Origin: an uncultured Candidatus Binatia bacterium
GTDB taxonomy: Bacteria > Desulfobacterota > Binatia > HRBIN30
Reading direction: 5' to 3'
NCBI GenBank assembly: GCA_964524885.1
Contig: CAZGEJ010000026.1
Span: forward strand, 1,302-65,301
DNA: 64,000 nucleotides
Below the pieces are notes generated by a model. The model searched no databases and was not told the origin of the DNA. It was given only the letters and a program-made list of their open reading frames with translations. Positions within the stretch are counted from its first letter, which is position 1. Each line of letters begins with the position of its first letter. Both the position numbers and the translations under genes were made by a program. Below, piece by piece: positions 26,798-35,929 of this stretch.

Positions 26798-28596
26798 TGG
26801 ACCTCGGGCGGCTCAACTACGAGGCGGCGGCCTTGCTGTTCGACGAATTCGCGCGCTGCGGCGTGCGCCACGTCTGCATCTCTCCCGGCGGTCGCTCGAC
26901 CCCGTTGGCCGCAGCCCTGGCCCGCTCTTCGTTGCGCCCTTGGGTGATCACCGACGAACGCGCCGCCGCCTTCTTCGCCCTCGGCTTGGCCCAAGCCGGC
27001 GGCGCGCCGGTCGTGCTGGTGTGCACCTCGGGCACGGCAGTCGCCAACTACGCCCCGGCCATCGCCGAAGCCGCCTTCGCCGAAGTGCCGTTGCTGGTGC
27101 TGACGGCCGATCGACCCGCGGAACTGCGCGACTGCGGCGCGGCTCAGACCATTCGCCAAGACGGCATCTTCGGACAGCACTGCAAATGGTCGCACGAAGC
27201 AGCGACGCCCGCCGACGGGGTCGATCTGCACGACTACTGGCGCAGTCTCGCCTGCCGCGCCCATGCCCGCGCCAGCGAAGGCCCCGCCGGCCCGGTGCAC
27301 CTCAATCTGCCGTTTCGCGAGCCGCTGGTGGCGGAGGATCCCGCACCGTCGTTGCCGCCAGGGCGCGCGGACGGACAACCCTGGGTCCGCATTCGCACCG
27401 GGACGCATCGAGCGAGCGGCGGCGATGTCGAGGCGTTGGCCGACATCCTACGGCACCGGCGCGGCTGCATCGTCGCCGGGCCACGCACGTCGGCGGCAAG
27501 TGTCGACGCCATCGCACGCTTGGCCGACCACCTCGGCTGGCCGATCCTCGCCGACCCGCTGTCCGGGCTGCGTCACGGCACCCACGCCGGCGCAGACTGG
27601 ATCATCGACAGCTACGACGTCTTCCTGCGCGACGCCGGCTGTGCCGAGTCCTTTGCGCCCGAGGTGGTACTGCGTTTCGGAGCTTTGCCAACGTCGAAGG
27701 CGCTGCAACGATGGCTGGCGGCGACGCCGGCGACGCAAGTCCTCGCCGGCGCCAGTCACAGCTGGGGGGATCCGTCCTTCCGGGTTGCCGAAGTGGTGTA
27801 CGGCGACGCCGGCGTCCTCTGTGACGACCTGCGCCGGAACCTTCCGGCCCACGCAACGACCGGCGGCTGGGCAAGCGCGTGGATCGAACGAGCGCGAGAG
27901 ACACGCCGCGCCATCGACGACCTATTGCTAGACGTTAAGGGGACAGTCCCCTTAACGGGACTGTCCCCTTCTCTGTGCCGAGGCGAGACACTCTTCGAAG
28001 GAGCCATCGCCGTGCATCTGCTGCGCGCCATGCCCGAGGGGGCGGCGCTCGTCGTCGGCAGCAGCATGCCCGTGCGCGACATCGACACCTTCGGCGGCGC
28101 GCAACCGCGCGCCCTGCGTCTCTTTTCCAACCGCGGCGCCAACGGCATCGACGGCGTCGTCGCCACCGCCCTCGGGGTCGCCGCGGCGCTCGACGCGCCC
28201 ACCTACTTGCTCATCGGCGACCTCAGCTTCCTGCACGACATCGGCGCCTTGCAAATCGCCGCGCGGCACCGGCTCGACCTGTGCATCGTCGTCCCCAACA
28301 ACGACGGCGGCGGTATCTTCTCGTACCTGCCCCAGGCTCGACTGACCGACGCATTCGAACCCTTCTTCGGCACCCCGCACGGGCTGAGCCTCGAACCCGC
28401 CGTGCGCATGTGCGGCGGTACGCATGTCACCGTCGACCATCTCGACGGCCTCGATGCGACGCTGCGGTCGTTCGATCGCGGCAGCGGCTTGCGTGTCATC
28501 GAGCTACCGACCGATCGGGCCTACAACGTCGAGCGCCATCGCCGCATCGTCAGCGATGTCGCGGCTAGGCTGCAACCGTTGCGCGAGGTCGCGTGA
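26797..28596 (+). CDS. menD: SEPHCHC synthase MenD (ThDP-dependent), carrying an in-frame palindromic insertion.
   Basis: MenD N-terminus: YEAAALLFDEFARCGVRHVCISPGGRSTPL. ThDP motif: GDLSFLHD...NNDGGGIF. 599 aa. Confidence 0.88.
   Translation: MDLGRLNYEAAALLFDEFARCGVRHVCISPGGRSTPLAAALARSSLRPWVITDERAAAFFALGLAQAGGAPVVLVCTSGTAVANYAPAIAEAAFAEVPLLVLTADRPAELRDCGAAQTIRQDGIFGQHCKWSHEAATPADGVDLHDYWRSLACRAHARASEGPAGPVHLNLPFREPLVAEDPAPSLPPGRADGQPWVRIRTGTHRASGGDVEALADILRHRRGCIVAGPRTSAASVDAIARLADHLGWPILADPLSGLRHGTHAGADWIIDSYDVFLRDAGCAESFAPEVVLRFGALPTSKALQRWLAATPATQVLAGASHSWGDPSFRVAEVVYGDAGVLCDDLRRNLPAHATTGGWASAWIERARETRRAIDDLLLDVKGTVPLTGLSPSLCRGETLFEGAIAVHLLRAMPEGAALVVGSSMPVRDIDTFGGAQPRALRLFSNRGANGIDGVVATALGVAAALDAPTYLLIGDLSFLHDIGALQIAARHRLDLCIVVPNNDGGGIFSYLPQARLTDAFEPFFGTPHGLSLEPAVRMCGGTHVTVDHLDGLDATLRSFDRGSGLRVIELPTDRAYNVERHRRIVSDVAARLQPLREVA
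27935..27970. repeat. Perfect 21-bp palindrome TTAAGGGGACAGTCCCCTTAA followed by CGGGACTGTCCCCTT, located inside the menD coding sequence.
   Basis: Read directly. It encodes ...VKGTVPLTGLSPS... in the menD frame, with AT-ending codons (CTA TTG CTA GAC GTT AAG) that are atypical for this genome. Confidence 0.85.
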
Positions 28597-29515
28597 TGCA
28601 TCCTTGGCGCGAGCATGCGCTCGAAAACGCCGCCGGCAGCCTCGTCGTCTTCGAGCGCCCTGGGCCGACACCGACGGCGCCGACGGTACTCCTCCTGCAC
28701 GGCTTCACCGGCTGTCACCTGGGCTGGCGGCGCGTGAGCGAATACCTGCCCGAGGCGCGCGTGTTGGCGCCCGACCTACCAGGACACGGCGCCTCGCGCT
28801 TCGCCGACGAAGAGCGAGCGTGTCGCATGGACGAAGCGACGCGTCGTCTCGCCATGGCCCTCGATCGACTCGACGTGCACCGCTGCGCGCTCGCCGGTTA
28901 CTCGATGGGCGGACGGCTTGCTCTGTACTTCGCCCTGACGCAGCCTTGGCGCTTCGACGCCTTGCTGCTCGAGAGCGCCAGTCCCGGCCTGGCGAGCGAG
29001 AAGGAACGCGCCGAACGCCGCCGGGCGGACGAAGCGTTGGCAGGCGCGATCGAACGCGATGGTGTCGCCGCTTTCCTGGCGCGCTGGCAGCAAACACCGG
29101 TGCTCGCCTCGCAACGAGAACTCCCCGTCCCACTCCAACTCGAGGCGGATGCGGAGCGGCAAGGCAACCGTGCCGCGGGCTTGGCGGCGAGCCTGCGCGG
29201 CATGGGCACGGGAGCCCAGCCGTGGCTCGGTGACCGACTACACGCATTGAACCTGCCGGTGACCTGTGTCGCCGGCAGCTTGGACGCCAAGTTCACGGCC
29301 ATCGCCACGCACATGGCGGAACGCATCCCCGGAGCGCGGCTGGAGATCATTCGCGCCGGGCACAACGTCCACCTCGAACACCCCAAGCTCATCGCATCGC
29401 TCATCTTCTCCAACGCAGAGTCACAGAGACGCCGAGTCGGTCGAGCCATGGACTCGCATACGGAAGACGGACGCCACGTCTCTGCGTTGCAACCCACACG
29501 AACGGAAAGGCACGC

Positions 29516-29519
<4 letters not shown>
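28593..29519 (+). CDS. menH: SHCHC synthase MenH (alpha/beta hydrolase).
   Basis: LLLHGFTG...[10 protein letters not shown] (GxSxG) ... GHNVHLEHP. Operon position between menD and menB. Confidence 0.7.
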
Positions 29520-30334
<815 letters not shown>

Positions 30335-30335
30335 C

Positions 30336-31217
30336 ATGCGACCGACGAGCCCCGCGCGGGCGTGGTGGATGGCGCTGCGCCCGCGCACGCTCGGCGCGAG
30401 CCTGATGCCGGTCTTGCTCGGCGTGACCTATGCCGGGCGCACGGTGGAGGTCGACCTGGCGATCGCCGGGCTGACGGCGATCGCGGCTTTGGCCCTGCAG
30501 ATCGCGACGAACCTGGCGAACGACTACTACGACCATGCGCGCGGCATCGACACTGCCGAGCGCCTCGGACCGACGCGTGTCGTGCAAGCCGGGCTGTTGC
30601 ATCCGGCGGCCGTGCGCCGCGCCGCGTTCGCGGCGGTCGGCCTGGCGCTCGTGGTCGGCGTGATCCTGGTGATGCATGGCGGCTGGCCGATCGTCGCCAT
30701 CGGCGCCAGCGCCGCGGCGTTTGCTTTGGCCTACAGTTCCGGGCCGGCGCCGTTGGCGGCCTTGGGCTGCGGCGAAGTGCTCGCCTTCCTCTATTTCGGG
30801 CTGATCGCGGTCGCCGGCACGGCGTGGCTGCAGGGAATCGCCCCGAGCCGCGAGCTTCTGCTCGTCGCCACCCCCCTCGCAATGCTAGTGACGGCGATCA
30901 TGGTGGTGAACAACCTGCGCGACATCCCGACCGACCGCGCCGCGGGGAAGCGGACGCTGGCGGTACACCTCGGCGATGCCGCGACCCGCCGCCTCTACGC
31001 CGTGCTCGTGTTGGGCGCCTTCGTCATCCCCGTTCTGTTGCAGGCCAGCCTCGGGCTGGCCTGCCTGGTGCCGCTGCTGCTGCTGCCGCTGGCGTGGCGT
31101 GAAGTGGCGCACCTACGCCAACGCAGCGGCGCGGCGCTCAACCAATCCCTCGCCGGCACGGCTCGGTTGCACCTTCTCTTTGGCCTACTGTTCAGCCTGG
31201 GAACGGCGATGACATGA
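30336..31217 (+). CDS. menA: 1,4-dihydroxy-2-naphthoate polyprenyltransferase MenA.
   Basis: UbiA-family membrane prenyltransferase with NDYYD and DxxxD motifs. The start MRPTSPARAWWMALRPRTL lies inside the track ORF 30255..31217, 1 nt after the menB stop. Confidence 0.85.
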   Translation: MRPTSPARAWWMALRPRTLGASLMPVLLGVTYAGRTVEVDLAIAGLTAIAALALQIATNLANDYYDHARGIDTAERLGPTRVVQAGLLHPAAVRRAAFAAVGLALVVGVILVMHGGWPIVAIGASAAAFALAYSSGPAPLAALGCGEVLAFLYFGLIAVAGTAWLQGIAPSRELLLVATPLAMLVTAIMVVNNLRDIPTDRAAGKRTLAVHLGDAATRRLYAVLVLGAFVIPVLLQASLGLACLVPLLLLPLAWREVAHLRQRSGAALNQSLAGTARLHLLFGLLFSLGTAMT

Positions 31218-32236
31218 GCTGGACGATCACGCGCTTCGCGACGCCGCTGCGGCAGCCGGGAGGGCTCGGCGTGACGACGTTGGCCGAGCGCGTCGGTTTC
31301 CACGTCAGCCTGCGCGACGATCACGGGCGCGTCGGTCGAGGCGAAGCCAGTCCGGCCTATTGGATCGATGGCTGCGATCTCGAGGCGCTCGGCGCCGAAC
31401 TCGCTGGTTTCGCGGCACAGGGCGCGCCGGAACAGTGGCTCGCCGCCAGCGAGAACGATGCCTTGGTGCACCTGTCGCCGGCGGCGCGCTGCGGCATCGA
31501 GACCGCCATCCTCGACTTGGTAGCTCAGCAACGGGAATGCAGCGTCGCCGAGCTGCTCGGCGCCAGGTTGCCGGTGACGATCGAACTCAGTGCCCTCGTC
31601 GGCGGTGCCGAGCCGGCCGACGTCTACGAACAAAGCCTCGCCCGGTTACGACAAGGCTACCGCGTCTTGAAGCTCAAGGTGGGGGGTCGCATCGCCGAGG
31701 ACGACATCGCGCGTATCCAAGCGATGCGCGAAGCGACACGCGGCGCGGCGTTGATTCGCCTCGATGCCAACCGCGCCTGGGACGCGACGACGGCGTTCGC
31801 CGTGCTCATCGCCGTCGCCAACCCCGACATCGAACTCGTCGAGGAACCGTTGCGCGGCAGCCACCCCCTCGAGTTGGCGCGCCTGCGTCGCGCCACCGGC
31901 GTGCCGATCGCCCTCGACGAATCGATCGTCAACCCAGCCGGGCTGACGACCTATGCCGAATGTGGCGCGTGCGACACCGTGGTGCTCAAGTTGGCGCGCG
32001 TCGGCGGACCGCGTGCGGCACTGCACCTGGCACAAGATGCACGGGAGCTCGGGCTGGGAGTCGTCTGGACCGACTCGATCGAGACGCGCGTCGGCCGACA
32101 GGCGACGCTGCACACGGCGGCCGCCGCACCCGGACCCTGCCAAGCGGTCGGTCTGGGAGGCGTCGTCGTGCTGCAGGAAGCCGACGGCGAAGAAGCTCGA
32201 CCACGCGTCGCCGTGAGCGGCCCCGGCTTGGGATGA
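31214..32236 (+). CDS. menC: o-Succinylbenzoate synthase MenC (enolase superfamily).
   Basis: Enolase-superfamily metal ligands: LKLKVGG...IRLDANRAW...LVEEP...ALDES. Operon context. Confidence 0.8.
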   Translation: MSWTITRFATPLRQPGGLGVTTLAERVGFHVSLRDDHGRVGRGEASPAYWIDGCDLEALGAELAGFAAQGAPEQWLAASENDALVHLSPAARCGIETAILDLVAQQRECSVAELLGARLPVTIELSALVGGAEPADVYEQSLARLRQGYRVLKLKVGGRIAEDDIARIQAMREATRGAALIRLDANRAWDATTAFAVLIAVANPDIELVEEPLRGSHPLELARLRRATGVPIALDESIVNPAGLTTYAECGACDTVVLKLARVGGPRAALHLAQDARELGLGVVWTDSIETRVGRQATLHTAAAAPGPCQAVGLGGVVVLQEADGEEARPRVAVSGPGLG

Positions 32237-33708
32237 CTTGGCCGGGCCAGGCCTGGGTGGAGGTGCAGGCGGCGCTCCGCCCGCGGGGTGAAGCAGTCGT
32301 CTGGCAAGACGCCTCCATCGACTGGCAAGAACTGGCGCAGCGGGTCGAAGTGTTGGCCCGGCGCCTGCACTACCTAATCGGCACACGTCCCAGGGTAGTG
32401 GCCGTGTTGGCCGCGCCCAGCTTACGCTTTCTCGAACTGATGCATGCGGCGCAGCGCGCCGGCATCACCCTGGCACCATTGGCACCACGCGGCAGCGAAG
32501 ACGATTGGCGGCGCGTGCTGCGACGCGTCGCCCCGAGCCTGCTCCTCTGGGGCACAGCGTGGGGCGAATCGGGCCCGCGGTTGGCCGACGAGTTCGACTG
32601 TGTTGGGCTGAACGTCGACTCCGGACTGGACGAGGCGCCGACGTACTCCGGCGCGCTGGCGACCGTCGCGCCGGATCACACCTGGCTCTTGGTGCACACC
32701 TCGGGAACGACCGGCGACCCCAAGGGCGTCGGGCTGCGCAACGATCAGTTGCTGGCAGCGGCGACGGCGGTGCTCGAGCGGCTCGACGCTCGCCCCGGCG
32801 AACGGTGGCTGGCGGCGATGCCGATGCACCACGTCGGCGGACTCAGCGTGCCGGTGCGGGCCGCGGTCGGGGGGTTGTCGGTCGTGCTGCACTCCGGCTT
32901 CGACGTCGCGGCGGTGCGCCGCAGTCTCCATGAGCAGTCGATCGCCTGGGTCTCGCTGGTGCCGACGATGCTCGCCAGCCTGCTCGAGGCCGAGTGCGCG
33001 GCGCCGCCGGCGTTACGCGCGGCGATTCTCGGCGGCGGCCGCTTGCCGCCGCGTCTGGTCGAACGCGCCGCACGCCAAGGCTGGCCGCTCGTCGCCACCT
33101 ACGGCATGACGGAAACGGCCGCTCAAGTGACCACGAGTCACACGGGCGATGCCACGCAGCACCCCGGCTCGGCAGGCCATCCGCTGCGTGGGGTCGAGCT
33201 GCGCATCGATGCGCCGGACGATGACGGCGTCGGCGAGATCGTCGTGCGCGGAGCCCAGGTGTTCCGAGGTTACCGTGACGACCCGAGGCGCAGCGCGACG
33301 GTGTTGCGGGACGGCTGGCTGCATACCGGCGATCTCGGCCGTCTCGACGCGGACAGGCGGTTGTGGGTCGAGACGCGGCGCACCGACCTCATCGTCAGCG
33401 GTGGCGAAAACGTGCGGCCGGAGGAGGTCGAAGACGTCTTGGCTGCACATCCGGCGATCGTCGACTGCGGGGTTTTCGGTGTCGACGACGAACATTGGGG
33501 GCAAGTCGTCACGGCGGCGTTGGTCGTTTCGACAGGTGCACCGAGCGATGACGAACTGCGGGCGTGGTGCGGCGCGCGGCTGGCGCGCTTCAAGGTGCCG
33601 CGGCGCTGGCTGCGCCTCGACCGGTTGCCGCGTAACGCCGCCGGCAAGCTCGAGCGGCACCGCCTACGCCAACTCGCCGGCGGCGATGGCGAGACGACGG
33701 CGACGTAG
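32233..33708 (+). CDS. menE: o-Succinylbenzoate-CoA ligase MenE.
   Basis: AMP-binding motifs: LVHTSGTTGDPKGV, YGMTE, GWLHTGDLG. ATGA overlap with menC. The real start is MTWPGQAW inside track ORF 31360..33708. Confidence 0.85.
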   Translation: MTWPGQAWVEVQAALRPRGEAVVWQDASIDWQELAQRVEVLARRLHYLIGTRPRVVAVLAAPSLRFLELMHAAQRAGITLAPLAPRGSEDDWRRVLRRVAPSLLLWGTAWGESGPRLADEFDCVGLNVDSGLDEAPTYSGALATVAPDHTWLLVHTSGTTGDPKGVGLRNDQLLAAATAVLERLDARPGERWLAAMPMHHVGGLSVPVRAAVGGLSVVLHSGFDVAAVRRSLHEQSIAWVSLVPTMLASLLEAECAAPPALRAAILGGGRLPPRLVERAARQGWPLVATYGMTETAAQVTTSHTGDATQHPGSAGHPLRGVELRIDAPDDDGVGEIVVRGAQVFRGYRDDPRRSATVLRDGWLHTGDLGRLDADRRLWVETRRTDLIVSGGENVRPEEVEDVLAAHPAIVDCGVFGVDDEHWGQVVTAALVVSTGAPSDDELRAWCGARLARFKVPRRWLRLDRLPRNAAGKLERHRLRQLAGGDGETTAT

Positions 33709-33778
33709 AGGAACTACCCTGAGCCGCCATGGTCCGGCGGACATTGACGTCGCGCGCAACCTCGGCGAGGTTGACGGC

Positions 33779-34021
33779 ATGGACCAGGACGACACGCAGC
33801 CGATCGAGGTGCCGCACACGGCACTCAGCCCCGAGGCCCTGCGCGGGCTCGTCGAGGAATTCGTCACGCGCGACGGCACCGACTACGGCGAACGCGAACG
33901 GACGCTGGAGGAGCGGGTGCGCGACGTGTTGCGGCAACTCGAACGCGGCGAAGTGAAGATCGTCTTCGACCCGGACAGCGAAACCACCAACCTGGTCGTC
34001 GCGCGTCCCGGGCGCCGCTGA
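33779..34021 (+). CDS. YheU-family (UPF0270) small protein.
   Basis: The 80-aa tail of track ORF 33149..34021: MDQDDTQPIEVPHTALSPEALRGLVEEFVTRDGTDYGERERTLEERV... This matches E. coli YheU (ESFVLREGTDYGEHERTL). Confidence 0.6.
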   Translation: MDQDDTQPIEVPHTALSPEALRGLVEEFVTRDGTDYGERERTLEERVRDVLRQLERGEVKIVFDPDSETTNLVVARPGRR

Positions 34022-34029
34022 ATCGCGGC

Positions 34030-34470
34030 TCAAGCCGGCCGCGTTTGGCGCCAGAGCAGCCAAGTCGGTACGGCGGTCGTGGCGATGGCGATGCTCGCGT
34101 AGCCTACCATGCCGGCGATGCCCCACCACCACAAGGTGTTCGGATCGCTGGCGCTCGAGAGCATGCCGCCGACGCGGTAGAACTCGTCGCTCTGCACGAC
34201 ACTCCAGACGAGCATGTTGAGCAGCACGTAGACGGAGTAGATCGCCAACAGCGGCAGCGCCCAGCGCGCCCCGGCGAGTATCGCGACGGCCGTCACCAGC
34301 ATGAACGAGCCGACCACCAGGGCCGGCAGGAACAAGGCGTCGCCCCGCAGGATCGAACCGAAGAACACCATGACGGCGTCGTCGTTGGTCAACTTGCCGA
34401 AGTTGGTCAGCGAGCGCAGACCGACCAGGATCGCGCAGACTCGGATGTAATTCTTCGCCATGGAAGCCAC
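34030..34470 (-). CDS. Integral membrane protein (4 predicted transmembrane helices), unknown function.
   Basis: 146-aa hydrophobic ORF: MASMAKNYIRVCAILVGLRSL ... LLAIYSVYVLLNMLVWSVV. Confidence 0.5.
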   Translation of the reverse strand: MASMAKNYIRVCAILVGLRSLTNFGKLTNDDAVMVFFGSILRGDALFLPALVVGSFMLVTAVAILAGARWALPLLAIYSVYVLLNMLVWSVVQSDEFYRVGGMLSSASDPNTLWWWGIAGMVGYASIAIATTAVPTWLLWRQTRPA

Positions 34471-34564
34471 CTCTGCGCTCGTCCGTAGGGAGGATCGGCC
34501 TGCAGGTCAAACGGAGGCGGCGTCGCCGGCGGACGCCGGGCACCGGCGACGCTGCGCCTCGAAG

Positions 34565-35092
34565 TCACTTGCTGCAGGGAACGACTTCGCCCGCGGCGTT
34601 GGTGCAGGTGCTGGTGTGGCTGAAGCCCGTACCCTTGTCGAACTCCGAATTGCCCTCGTAGGTGGCGCCGGAGTTGGCTTGTGCCGTGGTGTTGCGTGAG
34701 CCGCTGGCGCTGCCATCGGCGCCCCGCACCATGGAGCCGGAGGTGGTGGCGGTGCCGGCGGCACCGGTGGCCGAGCCGCCGCTTTCGTGCGCGACGCTGC
34801 CGTCGGCCGAACGACTCCACTGTCCCTTGCGCGCCGCCATGGCGCCGTTGGGACCGTTCACGGCCTGACCGCTGCCGCCGGCGGCGTTGCCCTGCCCGTC
34901 GGTGGCATAACCACGCGCGCCGGCGAAGCCGCCGTTGGCGCCCTTGACGGCACGACCGGCACCAGCGGTGACACCGCCGGCTTCGTTCTGACGCTTGAAC
35001 TTGGCACTCCCCATGCCCTGGGCCGAGGCGGCGACGGGCAGCAGCAAAGTCAACGCGAGTGCGGTCAACGAAGACTTGGGAAACGAGTTCAT
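34565..35092 (-). CDS. Secreted Gly/Ala/Ser-rich low-complexity protein (175 aa) with a C-terminal Cys pair.
   Basis: Signal peptide MNSFPKSSLTALALTLLLPVAASAQG. It is the in-frame tail of track ORF 34565..35845. The start coordinate is derived from the track frame (±1 nt). Confidence 0.5.
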   Translation of the reverse strand: MNSFPKSSLTALALTLLLPVAASAQGMGSAKFKRQNEAGGVTAGAGRAVKGANGGFAGARGYATDGQGNAAGGSGQAVNGPNGAMAARKGQWSRSADGSVAHESGGSATGAAGTATTSGSMVRGADGSASGSRNTTAQANSGATYEGNSEFDKGTGFSHTSTCTNAAGEVVPCSK

Positions 35093-35201
35093 GATCGATT
35101 CTCCTCGAGAAAGTTGTGGGAACGGTGGGTGGAAGGAATGCAGGCCTCGAAGTGTCGTGGGGAACGAGGTGGAGAGCGCACGACGGCGTGAGGGGCCATG
35201 G

Positions 35202-35855
35202 TCATCGACCTCGGCGCCGCGGCGTCTCCGCGGGTCGCGGCAGCAGGCCGTTGAGAAAGACATCGACGATGGTGTCGGTGATGCGCGCGTCGCCGACTCC
35301 GTCATCGAGATGCTTGCCGCCCCAGATCTGGCGCGACAGGAACATGGACAAAACCATACCGACGAGGGTGCGGCCGGCGACGACGCCGTCGGTGGGGCGC
35401 AGCCGGCCGCGTTCGGCCTCGACGTTGAAGAAGGTGCTGAACAGCGCGTCGCCCCGCTGGACGACCCGCTCTTGGAACTCGCGTGCCCGCTCGGGCTGAC
35501 GCTGCAGCTCGGCCATGAGCAGGCGAACGACGGCCTCACGTTCGTGCAGGAGGCGCCAGATTTCCTCGACGATGACGCGGATGGTCGTCGCGGGAGGCAC
35601 GTCGCCGAGGGCCAGGACACGTTCGGCGACGTCTTCGAGGAGGCTGTACTCGTCGAAGATGGCGTCGCGCAGGGCATCCTTGGTGGGGAAGTAGAGGTAG
35701 AGGGTGCCTTTGGCGACGCCGGCGGCGGCGGCGAGGGAGTCCATGGAGGTGGCCTCGAAGCCGCGTTCGGAGAAGAGCCGCAGGGCGGCTTCGAGGATTT
35801 GGCTGCGACGCTCTTGGGTGAGCGCCTGACGACGTTCCGCGGCAAGTCGAACCAT
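35202..35855 (-). CDS. TetR/AcrR-family transcriptional regulator.
   Basis: N-terminal HTH: [50 protein letters not shown] at 35855-35853. Confidence 0.85.
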   Translation of the reverse strand: MVRLAAERRQALTQERRSQILEAALRLFSERGFEATSMDSLAAAAGVAKGTLYLYFPTKDALRDAIFDEYSLLEDVAERVLALGDVPPATTIRVIVEEIWRLLHEREAVVRLLMAELQRQPERAREFQERVVQRGDALFSTFFNVEAERGRLRPTDGVVAGRTLVGMVLSMFLSRQIWGGKHLDDGVGDARITDTIVDVFLNGLLPRPAETPRRRGR

Positions 35856-35865
35856 GCCTCTTTAC

Positions 35866-35883
35866 TGACTGACTAGTCAGTCA
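35866..35883. promoter_or_regulatory. 18-bp perfect palindrome TGACTGACTAGTCAGTCA, 11 bp upstream of the tetR ATG; candidate TetR operator.
   Basis: A perfect inverted repeat read directly from the sequence, in the classic TetR autoregulatory position. Confidence 0.5.
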
Positions 35884-35890
35884 CATGCAA

Positions 35891-35921
35891 GGGAAAAATT
35901 GCCGGGCGCGAAAATTTTCCC
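35891..35921 (-). terminator. AT-rich hairpin GGGAAAAATTgccgggcgcgAAAATTTTCCC just 3' of the cytochrome gene stop.
   Basis: 9-10 bp stem with an A/T-rich stem/flank inside a GC-rich genome. It sits 9 nt after the minus-strand stop at 35930. Confidence 0.4.
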
Positions 35922-35929
35922 TTCCTGCC

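Noticed and set aside
31360-33708. 782-aa track ORF suggesting one giant gene.
   Set aside because: Only the last 491 aa (from MTWPGQAW at 32233) are MenE. The N-terminal part is an alternative frame over menC.
33149-34021. 290-aa ORF overlapping the menE 3' end.
   Set aside because: Only the terminal 80 aa (YheU-like, from 33779) are plausible. The upstream part is out-of-frame over menE.
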